A stretch of DNA of 64,000 nucleotides, taken from an uncultured Verrucomicrobiae bacterium (GTDB lineage: Bacteria > Verrucomicrobiota > Verrucomicrobiia > Chthoniobacterales > JAFAMB01). Numbering within the stretch: the first letter of the stretch is position 1; every line of letters begins with the position of its first letter. The DNA lies in assembly GCA_963813025.1 (NCBI GenBank), contig CAWEXO010000012.1, positions 96,001 to 160,000 on the forward strand. Direction: 5' to 3'. The notes below the pieces were generated by a model, which was not told the DNA's origin, ran no database searches, and saw nothing but the letters and a program-made list of their open reading frames with translations. Of the stretch, positions 23,624 through 35,982 are shown in pieces. The position numbers were made by a program, and so were the translations under genes.

Positions 23624-24310
23624 ATGGCTCGCCTTGTCTTAGCCGCTGCCAGAACCAGAACAGCCATCAGCGTTTTAATCGCTTGCGCAATCATCGCTTT
23701 CATCTGCCTTCGTCCGCCCTTCGTCATCAAGCCCCTGCGACCCGTTGCCAGTTCCGGACCCGGGGCTGTCACTAGTACCCCCGATAGCGCCAACGGCTTC
23801 GTCGAGCCGATCTGGAACAGTAAAGTCATTCCTACGATTCTAACCAAAGCAATCGATGCCAACGTGTTGCTCCCCGAAATTCGAGGAAACCCGGAGACTG
23901 CCGGGCAAAAGTACGGTCGACGGGAAGCAACCAACCCCTTCAACTACATGATCAAGGGATCTGGCAAAGTTACCCAGGTGAACACCGAGTCGCGAGCAGG
24001 AACGATGACAGTAGAGGTCGCCAACGGCAGCGGTCATGAAAGCATCAGTCTGCAGATCGGCCCGGTCGTTATTGGCACAGCGTTGCGAGACGCGACCGGC
24101 CTCGTGAGCTTTAATCAATTTACCAATCAAATCGACTACGCGGGTGTCTCGAAGGAAATGAATTTGCGCGCTATTAAAGACGCGCTTGCCGGCAGAGACC
24201 CGGCCAGCTTTAACGGTAAGACCATTCAGTTTTTCGGCGCCTTCACCCTCGATCCGAAGTCGACCAGCCCCATCCGGGTAACTCCAGTCAAGTTGGTCAT
24301 CGAGAGTTAG
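23624..24310 (+). CDS. DUF2291 family periplasmic protein
   Basis: LQIGPVVIGTALRDATG...FNQFTNQIDYA. Confidence 0.8.
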   Translation: MARLVLAAARTRTAISVLIACAIIAFICLRPPFVIKPLRPVASSGPGAVTSTPDSANGFVEPIWNSKVIPTILTKAIDANVLLPEIRGNPETAGQKYGRREATNPFNYMIKGSGKVTQVNTESRAGTMTVEVANGSGHESISLQIGPVVIGTALRDATGLVSFNQFTNQIDYAGVSKEMNLRAIKDALAGRDPASFNGKTIQFFGAFTLDPKSTSPIRVTPVKLVIES

Positions 24311-24322
24311 TCAAACTGCGCC

Positions 24323-25942
24323 ATGGCCTCAGCTTCACCGTCAACTCAACACGAGATTTCGCAGAACGGCATCATCCTGACAGCCCAGGACATAACAAAA
24401 GTTTTTCCAGGCACGACGGCGCTCGACGGGGTCAACTTCAAGGTCTACCGCGGCAAAGTGAATGTTCTGGTAGGCGAGAACGGCGCCGGCAAGTCAACTC
24501 TGATGAAAATCTTAGCAGGCGTCGAACTGCCGACTTCCGGCCGTCTTCTCCTGGATGGCCATGAAGTAACATTCAGGAATACACGGGAAGCCGCCAAGGC
24601 CGGGGTCGGGATTATTTATCAGGAACTCAATCTTTTCCCAAATCTCAACATCGCTGAGAACATTTTTGCCGGGCGTGAGATTGCCAGAGTAGACGTCGTT
24701 GACCATGGTGCCCAGGAGAAGCTCGCCCGCAAGATTCTGGACCGTCTGGAGCAACCGCTAAACCCGCGGACCTTGGTTAGCGACTTGCGCATGGGACAGC
24801 AACAGATTGTCGAGATTGCCAAGGCCCTTTCTCAGAACGTCCGAGTACTAATAATGGATGAACCTACTTCGGCTCTGACCGCTGCTGAGACCGAGGCGCT
24901 CTTTCAGATTATTGTGGACCTCAAAGCGCACGGGGTCGCGATCGTTTACATCTCTCACAAGCTGGAAGAGCTCTTGAGGATCGGCGACCATATCACGGTA
25001 CTCCGCGACGGCAGGTTTGCCGCAGAAGCACAAGCGGCCGACGTCGATATCACCTGGATTATTGAAAAGATGGTGGGACGGACCGTTCGCGCGCCAAGTC
25101 GCGCACACGGTGCTGCCAAGCACAACGGCACGGAACTGCTGAAGGTCCAAGATCTGACCCTTCCTCGGGCAGGCAAAGGTTTCACTCTGAAAAATGTCTC
25201 CTTTTCCCTCCACGAAGGAGAGATTTTGGCCATCTATGGTCTGATGGGCGCCGGGCGGACAGAGCTCTTCGAATGCTTAATGGGCTTACATGCGGAGGCT
25301 ACTGGGAAGATCACTTTGACAGGCAAACCGCTGCGCCACGAGACTGTCTTCGATCGAATCGCAAACGGGATCACTCTGGTGCCCGAGGATCGACAACGGC
25401 TCGGGCTGGTCCAGCAATTGTCGGTAGCCCAAAATATTAGCCTGGCTAGCCTGAGACATTATCTTCGCTCGTTCTGGATCTCGGATCGCCAGGAGACTGC
25501 CGCTATAACCAGAATGATCAAGGAGCTGGCCATCAAGGTGCGGTCGCCGCAACAACCCATTACTTCGCTGAGCGGCGGCAACCAGCAAAAGGTCGTAGTG
25601 GCGAAAAGTTTACTAACCCATCCGAAGGTATTATTGCTGGACGAGCCGACCCGAGGAATTGATGTGGGCGCCAAAGCGGAGATTTTTCAAATTATTAATC
25701 GCTTAGCCAGCGAAGGGCTCGGGATCCTCTTTGTCTCGTCTGAGCTTCCCGAGGTGTTGGCCGTACCTGACCGCATCTTGGTGCTGTCCCGGGGCCGTGT
25801 GTCCGGCGTTTTCGGCCACGCCGAAGTCACCGAAGAGCTTCTCGTCCGGGCCTCGAGCGCTTATCGCCAGACGGACCTGGTGGGTGTCGAAGACACCGAG
25901 GTTACCCCGCGCCAGGGACACACCGCTAATCAGCTACCATGA
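24323..25942 (+). CDS. Sugar ABC transporter ATP-binding protein (RbsA-like)
   Basis: [26 protein letters not shown]. Confidence 0.92.
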   Translation: MASASPSTQHEISQNGIILTAQDITKVFPGTTALDGVNFKVYRGKVNVLVGENGAGKSTLMKILAGVELPTSGRLLLDGHEVTFRNTREAAKAGVGIIYQELNLFPNLNIAENIFAGREIARVDVVDHGAQEKLARKILDRLEQPLNPRTLVSDLRMGQQQIVEIAKALSQNVRVLIMDEPTSALTAAETEALFQIIVDLKAHGVAIVYISHKLEELLRIGDHITVLRDGRFAAEAQAADVDITWIIEKMVGRTVRAPSRAHGAAKHNGTELLKVQDLTLPRAGKGFTLKNVSFSLHEGEILAIYGLMGAGRTELFECLMGLHAEATGKITLTGKPLRHETVFDRIANGITLVPEDRQRLGLVQQLSVAQNISLASLRHYLRSFWISDRQETAAITRMIKELAIKVRSPQQPITSLSGGNQQKVVVAKSLLTHPKVLLLDEPTRGIDVGAKAEIFQIINRLASEGLGILFVSSELPEVLAVPDRILVLSRGRVSGVFGHAEVTEELLVRASSAYRQTDLVGVEDTEVTPRQGHTANQLP

Positions 25943-26997
25943 CAACCGCACTTTCGTCTTCCGCAGGGTCAGCAAGCGTTTCCCAACTTAGTATCGGAGT
26001 TTTTCTCTTTCGCTTACGTGCATTTATCGCATTGCTGATTTTGATCGGCATATTCACTCTGCTTACGCCCTCTTTCTTCACCCGGGAAAACCTAATCATT
26101 CTGGTAGGTCAGACTGCCATTAACGCGATCATGGCTGTCGGTATGACCTTTGTAATCCTCACGGGAGGAATCGATCTCTCGGTCGGATCCACGGTTGGGC
26201 TGGCTGCGATGGTTTCGGGCTTGCTCATCGATCGGGGTCTGGAGCTGCCAATGCTTGGAATCGTTGTGTACTTCAACATTCCAGCCATCATCATTCTCGT
26301 CCTTGGTCTGGGTATCCTGGTCGGTGCATTCAACGGCATTCTGGTTACTCGCTTCAATGTTGCTCCGTTTATCGCGACCCTGGGGACGTTGTATGTCGCG
26401 CGCGGTCTGGCTCAACTAAGTAATGAGGGAGCGACTTTCCCCAATCTCGTTGGAAATCCCGCTCTGGGAAATACTGGGTTCCCTATCCTCGGAGCTGGCA
26501 CGATCCTTGGCATTCCGATCGTGATTTGGATCATGATCATTTTTACTGGCCTTGGCTGGTTTGTGGCGGCCAAGACTCCGTTCGGGCGCCAGGTCTATGC
26601 AGTCGGGGGAAACGAGCGAGCTGCGGAATTATCCGGTATCTACGTTCAGCGAATCAAGATGGCAGTCTATATGATTTGCGGGATGTGTGCCGCCATGACT
26701 GGTTTGGTGACCGCCTCTCAGTTAGTAGCAGCCCATCCCGCAACAGGCGAAAGCTACGAACTCAATGCGATTGCGGCTGTCGTACTGGGCGGTACCTCTC
26801 TGGCCGGTGGACGGGGTACCGTCTGGGGTACCCTGATCGGCGCTTTGGTTATCGGTGTACTAACGAATGGGCTCGTTCTTCTTGGAGTCCAAGAGTTCTG
26901 GAAGAAAGTTATTACCGGACTCGTGATTATCCTGGCCGTTGTGCTCGATCAGTTACAAGCGAGGTTACAGCAGCGGCTTGCCCTGAAACGTGGTTAA
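25939..26997 (+). CDS. Sugar ABC transporter permease (RbsC-like)
   Basis: GMTFVILTGGIDLSVGS, AAHPATGESYELNAIAAVVLGGTSL. Confidence 0.92.
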   Translation: MTTALSSSAGSASVSQLSIGVFLFRLRAFIALLILIGIFTLLTPSFFTRENLIILVGQTAINAIMAVGMTFVILTGGIDLSVGSTVGLAAMVSGLLIDRGLELPMLGIVVYFNIPAIIILVLGLGILVGAFNGILVTRFNVAPFIATLGTLYVARGLAQLSNEGATFPNLVGNPALGNTGFPILGAGTILGIPIVIWIMIIFTGLGWFVAAKTPFGRQVYAVGGNERAAELSGIYVQRIKMAVYMICGMCAAMTGLVTASQLVAAHPATGESYELNAIAAVVLGGTSLAGGRGTVWGTLIGALVIGVLTNGLVLLGVQEFWKKVITGLVIILAVVLDQLQARLQQRLALKRG

Positions 26998-27103
26998 CCG
27001 TTTGAAAAGAAGGAGGTGATACCAGACGCAAAAGAACGTTATAACTTCGCAACAATAATGGCGTAGAACTTCTTTCTACTTTCAACCCTGTAATTTTGTT
27101 TAA

Positions 27104-28144
<1,041 letters not shown>

Positions 28145-28747
28145 CTGATACATCCCCACTGAAGCTTCTTGTATGGCGCCCCTTATCGCTGCCCGTCGAT
28201 TGGGGCGTCCAACCACACAAGGATCGGCTCGAGTCCAGCCATTGCTCCCTGGTCATTTTCTTTGCGCAAGACGTCCAATCGAGGCACGATGTGGGATCCT
28301 TCTGGAACGGCCGAATCCTGATCATCGATTTTCTCGCGAAGTTCGGCAGTTTCGGAAATGTACCAATGGAACGAACTTTTAGATTAGTTGGAGAAGGTTC
28401 GACTTGGAGATTCTGAGGCAGAATTTCCACTCGCCCCGCGCAACGGTGGAAAAAATGGAAGACCACTACTATCTGCAAATCCACGGAGCATTTTGGACCG
28501 GAAATGAGGTTTCGGATTGGGACTCCGCTGAAGATGAGCTTAGCCAGATAAATGGCATCGCTAAGCTATTGCAGACGCGATGGCTTCCTTTCTGGTCACA
28601 ACCTGGAAAGAGCGGTCCACCTCTGAAACAAAATCAAAGCCAACTATCAACCATGAAGACGAGTCAGCCTCCGGCTCAAACCAGCTTACCTTAAATCCCG
28701 CATCTAGCTCCCCAAGCGCATCAGATTAAAAAGAGCCTTCCACTCTA

Positions 28748-29303
28748 ATGAGACACCTCCTGCTCCGCTCGCTCGCCGGCCTCGCGTGGCTCGGTGTTTT
28801 CACTCTGCCGCAGACTTCCGCCGCACCCAAGCCGGAACCGGACAAACCGAATTTCAGCGGCACCTGGACACTGGACCTTAAAGCATCGACTTCACTCGAA
28901 CCCCTGATGAAGCAACTCGGAGCCAGTTTCCTCGAACGAAAATACGCCGCCTCGGCTGGGCTTAAAGCCACCCTCTACCAAACCGAATACGTTCTGACGG
29001 TCGCTGCCCGCGGCCCCGGCTTCGCCTTAGATGAAATCCTTTATCTCGACGGACGCACCGAGCCAAGCAACCTAAAACTCCTCGGAGCGACTTCCATCAA
29101 GACCACAACCGCCTGGTCCAAGGAGGACAAGCAGCTCGTCGCGACTCATCAGATCAATAACGAAACAGGGGAAGGAAGGCGAACTGATCATCAAAAGGTA
29201 CCTGATAAACGAAGGGAAAAGCTTGGTGGTTGAATTCACCCTAAAACTCAACGCAGAACCAAACCAAACCTCTGCCCGCCAAATCTGGCACAAGCAAGCT
29301 TAA
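28748..29303 (+). pseudogene. Exported lipocalin-like hypothetical protein, frameshift at ~29158
   Basis: Signal peptide and PNFSGTWTLD motif; the shifted frame continues TKQGKEGELIIKRYLINEGKSLVVEF...WHKQA*. Confidence 0.55.
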
Positions 29304-29336
29304 TTAGGTGAGCCGCGTGAAGCCGGCCCAGGCCCT

Positions 29337-29966
29337 TCAGGAGATTTCAAAGCAACAGCGTGGTGCTTCTCCGTGGTGGCAGCGTTCCTTTACGGGGATG
29401 CCGATAATTTCCGAAAGAAGTGCCTCTACGATCAGACAAGCCTCCGGATGATGGGCCGTGGCGGCAGAAAGAGGGCAACCATTTCCATTAATAAATTGTT
29501 TCCCCTCGCCCTCCTGGACCGTGGCGTAACCGCCTAAAGCCTTTAGGGCACTCAATGCGATTTCAATCCGCTGGTCACGCGTTTTACCTTTAACCTGATC
29601 GATATGTTCCATCGCGGCCGCCCGACCAACCTCGCGCAAGCTCGCTTGCAATTCCTGCGAAGGTAAGCGCCTACCGATGACCCCGAGAACGTGGCGTAGG
29701 AGCGAACCGTATGCGGTTGGGAAAAGATATTCAGCTTCGCTAGTAATACCATATAGAGAGTGGGGCTTGCGAAGACCAGGCCGGGTCCCTAGCTGCTGGA
29801 CCAAACCATCGCGCTCAAGGCTCGTCAGGTGAGAGCGAATCGCGTTATCAGTTAGTTCCAATGCCTCAGCAAGTTCATTAACGGTGCGGTCCTCGCTCCG
29901 GAGCAAAGCAAGAATTTTACCACGTGTGCTGGCCAAAAGGCGCTGGCGCCATCCAGGAATCTTCAC
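29337..29966 (-). CDS. ArsR/SufR-like HTH transcriptional regulator
   Basis: TVNELAEALELTDNAIRSHLTSLERDGLV; C-terminal GCPL...C...C. Confidence 0.85.
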   Translation of the reverse strand: MKIPGWRQRLLASTRGKILALLRSEDRTVNELAEALELTDNAIRSHLTSLERDGLVQQLGTRPGLRKPHSLYGITSEAEYLFPTAYGSLLRHVLGVIGRRLPSQELQASLREVGRAAAMEHIDQVKGKTRDQRIEIALSALKALGGYATVQEGEGKQFINGNGCPLSAATAHHPEACLIVEALLSEIIGIPVKERCHHGEAPRCCFEIS

Positions 29967-30277
29967 AGTTGGACTATAGGCTAAAGCTCGAAATAATCAA
30001 AATATTCTCAAAAACTTATTGACTTATCTCAGTATTCGCGTTACTGGCCTTGGGTTCGTGAATTCAGTAGTCAACAACTCCTCACGCTAAAATGGCTTTT
30101 TGTTCATTGAATTGGTCACAGCGTTGGCGAACCGACTCTGCGGCATTTGAGGGACTCGCTCCTTCAGCCCGCGCCACTATACTTGGCCGGGCAAGCCTTT
30201 TTTCAGACATCGTGCTGCGCCATGCAACAAAGGCCATTAAGAGGTTTCAGAAATAACTCAATCCGAAGGAGAAAAAA

Positions 30278-30625
30278 ATGAAGAAGCTAGTAATGAGTAT
30301 TGGTGCAAGCCTGTTGCTGGTGCCTGGTTTATGGGCGGCGAAGGACACAACCTTCAGCGGCGAGATCATGGACGAAGCGTGTGCCAAGGGTGGCGGGCAC
30401 GAGTCGATGTTCAAGAAGATGGGTACCAACGATCCTAAAGCGTGTACCGAGGCATGCGTTAAGATGGGGAGCAAGTACGTACTGTTTAAGCCAGACAAAA
30501 CGTACTACCGACTGGACGACCAGAAGAAGCCCGTGCCGTTCGCCGGGCAGAAGGTGGAGGTTACAGGAAGCCTGAACAAGGCGAGCAAGACGATCCACGT
30601 CACAGACATCAAAGCAGCATCGTAG
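30278..30625 (+). CDS. Exported OB-fold-like hypothetical protein
   Basis: RBS AAGGAG, signal peptide, FSGEIMDEAC...CTEACVKMGSKYVL. Confidence 0.75.
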   Translation: MKKLVMSIGASLLLVPGLWAAKDTTFSGEIMDEACAKGGGHESMFKKMGTNDPKACTEACVKMGSKYVLFKPDKTYYRLDDQKKPVPFAGQKVEVTGSLNKASKTIHVTDIKAAS

Positions 30626-30699
30626 ACCTGGGGAAAGGGCTGAGCGCCTAACCTGCCCTCTCTGGCTTTCTGGACGATTTTTCTGCCAGGGCTAATTGG

Positions 30700-31197
30700 A
30701 TGAAGCGCTCGATTCTTCTTGCACTTATGGCTCTTGCGCTGGCTGCAGTGGTGGTGGTCGGGGGATTGACTCAAATAAGGCTCGATGCGCTTCAGGAGCC
30801 CGGCCATCTCGAGACCGTTTTTGCGGCACAAGTAAAACACCACTTGGTCCGCCGCAACAGCCGCGAGGGTATTCCCCCGGCATCGCCGAATCTGCAATCG
30901 AGCATCGAGGAAGGGGACAAGCTCTACGGCACCGAATGCGCAATGTGTCACGGCCTCGACGGCCATACCCTCACTGACACGGGTCGTTGGATGTATCCGC
31001 GCGCTGCGGACCTTACCTCGGTGGCAGTGCAGAACTATTCCGATCGCGAATTATTCTGGATCGTCAAAAATGGAATTCGACTGAGCGGGATGCCCGGGTT
31101 TGGAAGAGTCGAATCCGACGAGCACATCTGGAACTTGGTGCACTACGTAAGGACTCTGCGCGGAGCGGTTCGCGTTTCTCCAGATTCCGACAAATAG
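30700..31197 (+). CDS. Membrane-anchored c-type cytochrome
   Basis: CAMCHG heme motif; LFWIVKNGIRLSGMPGF. Confidence 0.88.
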   Translation: MKRSILLALMALALAAVVVVGGLTQIRLDALQEPGHLETVFAAQVKHHLVRRNSREGIPPASPNLQSSIEEGDKLYGTECAMCHGLDGHTLTDTGRWMYPRAADLTSVAVQNYSDRELFWIVKNGIRLSGMPGFGRVESDEHIWNLVHYVRTLRGAVRVSPDSDK

Positions 31198-31451
31198 AAG
31201 GGGCGACTGATCGATGGCTAGATCCCACTTTTAAAGAAACCACGCTTAGCTGACACGACGCTTGCCTGGGCATTACAAACCTGAAAGGAAGCGAGAAGCC
31301 GGTCTTGATCGACGGCTCTGGCCTGTGAAGGAGGAAATCGTGTTGGTTCGCCGCGACTGATCCAACAGCTGTGCCGCTCACCGCACCGATCGGCACAAAA
31401 AGAGCCGCGAGTGACTCGACACCGCTCGCGGCTTTCAGACCATGGGATGGA

Positions 31452-31820
31452 CTACATGCGCAAGAAATCGAGCAAAAATCCGCCCACGAACGAACGATGA
31501 TATCGCGGCCAAGAATCTTTTACGAATCCCGGGCGTACGGTTTTTCCGTTTCGGTGTGAGTCGCAGTGATCTAGCCGCTTCAGGCACGATGCATAGATTG
31601 CCAGGGCGCGTAGCGGCCAGTAGTTCCGGTAGTAGTCGTACCGCAGGTAGATTACTCCTGGAAAGCCCGTGCCAGTCGGCAGCCTCTCGTCCCACGTACC
31701 GTCCGATCTCTGACGACTGAGTAAATATGCAACGCCTCGTTGGATGCTAGCGCGGTTAAGCTCCGGGAAAACGCAAAGTCCCATCAGCGCCCACGCGGTC
31801 TGCGACGCCGTGCTTTCTCC
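31452..31820 (-). pseudogene. Squalene-hopene cyclase C-terminal fragment
   Basis: STASQTAWALMGL, YLLSRQRSDGTWDE (QW repeat), TGTGFPGVIYLRYDYY. Confidence 0.8.
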
Positions 31821-31837
31821 TTTTCCCTTTTCTTCAG

Positions 31838-32035
31838 GATCGATGTCGCGTTGTTGAAAATACCGGCTGACAATCTGCCGGCGCTGACCTTGGCCGACAG
31901 CGACAAAGTCGAAGTCGGTGATGTCGTTCTAGCCGTCGTAAATCCGTTCGGTGTGGGCCAGACAGTAACGGTCGGTATCGTCAGCGCCAAGGACCGGGTG
32001 ACTTCAGGCAATATGGATGAGGGTTTCATTCAGAT
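31838..32035 (+). pseudogene. DegP/HtrA protease internal fragment
   Basis: DVALLKI...LADSDKVEVGDVVLAVVNPFGVGQTVTVGIVSA...FIQ. Confidence 0.8.
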
Positions 32036-33748
32036 CAGACGCGCGGACGTACCGCAACATGATTTGCGGCGCCCTAACTAAATAACTTCTTGGGTCGAAT
32101 GGGCGACCCCAGTGCACTGTGAGGGGACCAGCTTCACCCTTGGGTTTGGCCCAAGTATGAAAATCGTCGTGTGCGCGCGAGCCGTCGTGCGCTGCGGGAC
32201 TCTCCATTGTGCGGCTCATCAAACGAGGGCTGTTGCAGTGGTGCTCACGAGGCAAATGGCGGCTGAGCGCCGCTGGTCTTGCAGCATGTCGGCGGCTCTG
32301 TCCGGACATTTAGCACCCGACCTGGCGGCTCATATCGCCTTGCGAATGTGAAATTGATTTTCAGACAGGGACGGCCAGTGCTCTACCACTCGCATGGCTC
32401 GCGAGCGGCAGCCAACTAAACAGGCGGAACGCTGACGGTGGATAGCCCAAAACCTGGATAGCCCAAAATCCTATACGGCGGAAAGCGATCCAGGCGAGCG
32501 CCTACCTGCGGCGCAAAGCAAAGCCAAAAATCACCTTCCAAAGCGGGCCTCAAGCCGCCACATACGCGTCGCAGCCACCCCGTCCTGCTCTCGTTCCCTC
32601 CCACACCAAACAAACACGCCCAGAAGCGATCCTATGAAGGCCTGCATTAGCGTTGAGAAATGTTAGCGGTCGTGGACTGCGTGCGCGCGCCGCCCGGAAA
32701 TAGCGGGCATGAATTAGTGCCTTCACCGAAGCACTTGCCGCCCTTCTCGATCTAGGCTGCGCTTGCCCCGATTTTCCGGACACTAATTTTGGGCTGATTT
32801 CTCTATTGATGGTTACTTGTTTGGTTAGTTGCCGGAACGTTCCGCTGCGGTCAAGAGCCAATCCGGCATAAACAGAGTACTTCCCGCGCTGTGCGCGGGC
32901 CCCTTCTATTTATTCCGTTTGCCTCTTGACCTTCGCTCCACGTTCTGAAGAAGGTTACTGTCACTTTTCCGTTGGAAAAGTGCTTTCCAAAGCAGCTTGT
33001 TGGTATGTTGTCACAAGGTTAGTTTGCCAGGTTTTCGAACTCCGCCGGGGCCAGATAACGAGAGCGCACTGTGCCGCCGCCGACGGTTGTAAAAGCTTTC
33101 CATAAAGCACAAGATTTCGCGCTGAGCGCTTGGATGGGTCGCAAAAGAGCTGCGGTAGACGCACTCGACTCCCAAGCGTACTAAAGAACGCTTCCATCGC
33201 CGCGTTATCGTAACAGCACCCCTTACGACTCATGCTGGCAACCACGCCGTGCGCCTTGAGCACCTGGCGGTAAGCGGCGCTGGCATACTGCACACCGCGA
33301 TCGGAATGATGGATCAGTCCCTCCGGCGGCCGGCGATGCACCAGGCCCATCGCCAAGGCCGCGGCTACCAGCTCGGTACCCAGGTGATGCGCGAAAGCCC
33401 ACCCGATGATTCGCCGGCTGTACAGATCCATGATCACGGCCAGCTACAACCAGCCTTCCTCGGTTGGGATGTAGGTGATAGCGCTCACCCAAATCTGATC
33501 GCGCCGGCTCGCCTTAGGCCGCTGGGCAAGCCGGTGAGGAGCGATCGGTTCATCATGGCAGCTATCGGTTGTCTGAGGCCGGTAGCGCCGCTTCGCTCGG
33601 CCACTCAGCCCGAGCTCGCGCCGAATCCGATCGATCCGTTTCCGGCTGTGCTTGTGCCCTCGATCCCGTAGCTCTGCATGCAGCCGCGGCGTTCCATAGG
33701 TATCACGACTTTGTTGGTGAACTTCACTGATCTGTTCAGCTAGTCACA

Positions 33749-34902
33749 TGTCTCTTAAATAATAGTGACATTTATTTCTCCTCAAGAGCGGCCTGCCAAG
33801 CGCGCTGGATCTTGGCCAGAATCTCTTCTCCTTGAGCCCTCCAAACATAACGCTTCGGAGGGAGATTATGTTGAGCCAGGTATTGCATGATCGCCTCAAC
33901 CAGTTGGCCGACACTGCCAAAGCTGCCGGGCAGGATCGTCTGCTGGCTCAGATCGCGGAAGAAGCGCTCGACCATATTCATCCAGGAGGAACTGGTTGGG
34001 GTAAAGTGCAGTTCGAAACGCGGATGGCGTTCCAACCAACGCCGGACGCTCGGATGTTTGTGAGTGGCGTAATTGTCCAGAATGATGTGGATGTGTTGGC
34101 TCACGGGGATCTCCCGGTCAATGCGCTTGAGGAATTCGAGCCATTGGCGGTGCGTGTGTTTGTGAGCGGTGTGGGCGATTACTTTTCCCTGCAGGTAGTC
34201 GAGCGCGGCAAAGAGGGTGACCGTGCCATTGCGATAGTAATCGTGGGTTTGGGTACGAATATGCCCTTTGCCCAGCGGCAGACCGGGTTGGCTGCGTTGC
34301 AGCGCTTGGATCTGGCTTTTCTCGTCACAGCAAAGCACCACCGCATTCTGGGGCGGATTGAGGTAGAGCCCGATCACGTCCCAAAACTTCGCTTCAAAGT
34401 CCGGATCGGTCGAAAGCTTAAAGACCCGTGTCAGATGCGGCTTGATTTCATTCTCGCTCCAAACCCGCTGCACGGTTGCCTTGGACAGTCCCAACTCCCG
34501 AGCCATTGCTCGACAAGTCCAGCGCGCTTGACCGTGCGGAGGCCGGGTGGCTTGATCGAGGATCTGCCGCAAGACAGCGGCTGCAATGCGGCCCTTACGG
34601 CCCGAGCGCGGCTGATCCTGCAAAGCGGCCAGCCCGCCTTCGCTGAAGCGCCTTCGCCACTTCCTGACTTGGTTATAGTGCATATCGACCTCTCGGCCGA
34701 TGCTCCGATCCCTTTTGCCTGCTGCCGCCAACTGGATCACTCGCGCCCGTTGGGCCAAGCCATGAGGAGTGCTTTGGGCGCGCAGCAATTGCTGCAGTCG
34801 CTGCTCTTCAGCCGAACTCAATTCCACTTTTCGCCGCGCCCGCTTAGCCATGCAGCCAGCGAAGCATTTTTCTCTTAGAATGTCACTATTATTTAAGAGA
34901 CA
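33749..34902 (-). mobile_element. IS630-family insertion sequence
   Basis: Perfect 24-bp terminal IRs TGTCTCTTAAATAATAGTGACATT (33749-33772) and AATGTCACTATTATTTAAGAGACA (34879-34902); inserted at a CTAG of IS3 orfB. Confidence 0.92.
33772..34851 (-). CDS. IS630 transposase (intact, 359 aa)
   Basis: CDEKSQIQAL, THDYYRNGT, ILDNYATHK, FTPTSSSWMNMVERFF. Confidence 0.93.
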   Translation of the reverse strand: MAKRARRKVELSSAEEQRLQQLLRAQSTPHGLAQRARVIQLAAAGKRDRSIGREVDMHYNQVRKWRRRFSEGGLAALQDQPRSGRKGRIAAAVLRQILDQATRPPHGQARWTCRAMARELGLSKATVQRVWSENEIKPHLTRVFKLSTDPDFEAKFWDVIGLYLNPPQNAVVLCCDEKSQIQALQRSQPGLPLGKGHIRTQTHDYYRNGTVTLFAALDYLQGKVIAHTAHKHTHRQWLEFLKRIDREIPVSQHIHIILDNYATHKHPSVRRWLERHPRFELHFTPTSSSWMNMVERFFRDLSQQTILPGSFGSVGQLVEAIMQYLAQHNLPPKRYVWRAQGEEILAKIQRAWQAALEEK

Positions 34903-35254
34903 CTGCTGCACGTCTTCCTTGGCTCGAGCACTGGGCTTACTGCGCCGCTCCAGCCAGTCATAAAAACCACTCCGGCTGACGCAGAAGGCCTCGCAGAGCA
35001 CCTCTGTCGAGTAACCGTTCTTCATTTCTTCGATCCGTTCGTAGCGCTCGAGGGCCCCCCTCAGACAATGCCCAGCGTTTTTTTTAGTATCTCCCGCTGT
35101 TGCGTCAGATCAGAACTGCGGAATTAAATCTAGAGGCGGTAGCTATATAAGCAGGGAAAGAGGGAGAGTAGAAGGAAACACTGATGGCAAGTGGTAGGGT
35201 GGCTAGGGACTGAGCTCGGCGTCAGCGAAGTTGCCAAAGGACATTTGAGGTTCA

Positions 35255-35385
35255 TTCTTTCTGGCCAACTCCACCGCGACCAACCGACTGCCCCTTTGCT
35301 TCGCCCTTGGCCAAGCGACGCTTTTTGAGTTGGCGCTGCAAGGTGCTTAACGCCAAACCGTGATTCCGGCAACACTCGTTCTCGC
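35255..35385 (-). pseudogene. IS66 TnpA-like fragment
   Basis: CRNHGLALSTLQRQLKKRR resembles the IS66 TnpA HTH. Confidence 0.5.
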
Positions 35386-35602
35386 GTCGATTCGAAAGAT
35401 ATAAAGCTACACCTAAGCCGCCAGGCCGCTCAGCGATTTCGTTGGCTCGGCTAAACGCGATGAATTCGCACCCTTGCAATCCCTCGATCCAGCGTCTTCC
35501 TCCCTGAGCGGCACTGCTTGTAACCACAATCTCCTTGATCAAGATCAACTCGGGCATGCTCGTTCGTTCGCTGCTTGATAAGAACAAGGATCGCCCAAGA
35601 TT

Positions 35603-35851
35603 TCAAACGTGTTCTGATAAGTTTTCACCGTCGTTATCCTGCCACGTGGCAGTCCAGGTTTCGGCGCGGCGTTTGCCGCGATCACGCACAAACTTGGTCC
35701 CCTTCGCCCTGCATAGCTTCTCAATATAGGCGGAGAACTCTGCGTTGGTCATTGCCCGGATTTCTTCGACTGTTGGGGAGGGTAAACCGTAGTACCAATG
35801 GCCGTCCGGAAAGACCCATTCTTCCAAGTACGAACCGTTCGCCATTTTCAC
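35603..35851 (-). CDS. Hypothetical protein
   Basis: 82-aa ORF with protein-like composition; no motif. Confidence 0.45.
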   Translation of the reverse strand: MKMANGSYLEEWVFPDGHWYYGLPSPTVEEIRAMTNAEFSAYIEKLCRAKGTKFVRDRGKRRAETWTATWQDNDGENLSEHV

Positions 35852-35982
35852 ATAGCCCTTGTACTGGCCGCGCCAGTGATCACTGTAGCCGACAGCAAAT
35901 CGCGACTGGAGGGTTGGTTCAGGGAGCCGGAGTGGCCGCTGCCTGTGTCTGGGACTCAGTCTGCGTGCTTGAGGTATTTAAT

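Larger units (their letters stand above)
32959..35115 (-). mobile_element. IS3-family element remnant (OrfA C-terminus plus frameshifted OrfB) interrupted by IS630
   Basis: QREILKKTLGIV* with A-run slippery site ~35078-35085; CVSRSGFYDW; YGTPRL; WVSAITYIPT; DLYSRRIIGW; HHSDRGVQY; SMSRKGCCYDNA; terminal TG at 32959. Confidence 0.85.

Noticed and set aside
32438..32470. Direct repeat GGATAGCCCAAAA x2
   Set aside because: Only two copies with a very short spacer; not a CRISPR or iteron array I can support
33832..34878. 348-aa ORF on the + strand
   Set aside because: Antisense shadow of the IS630 transposase
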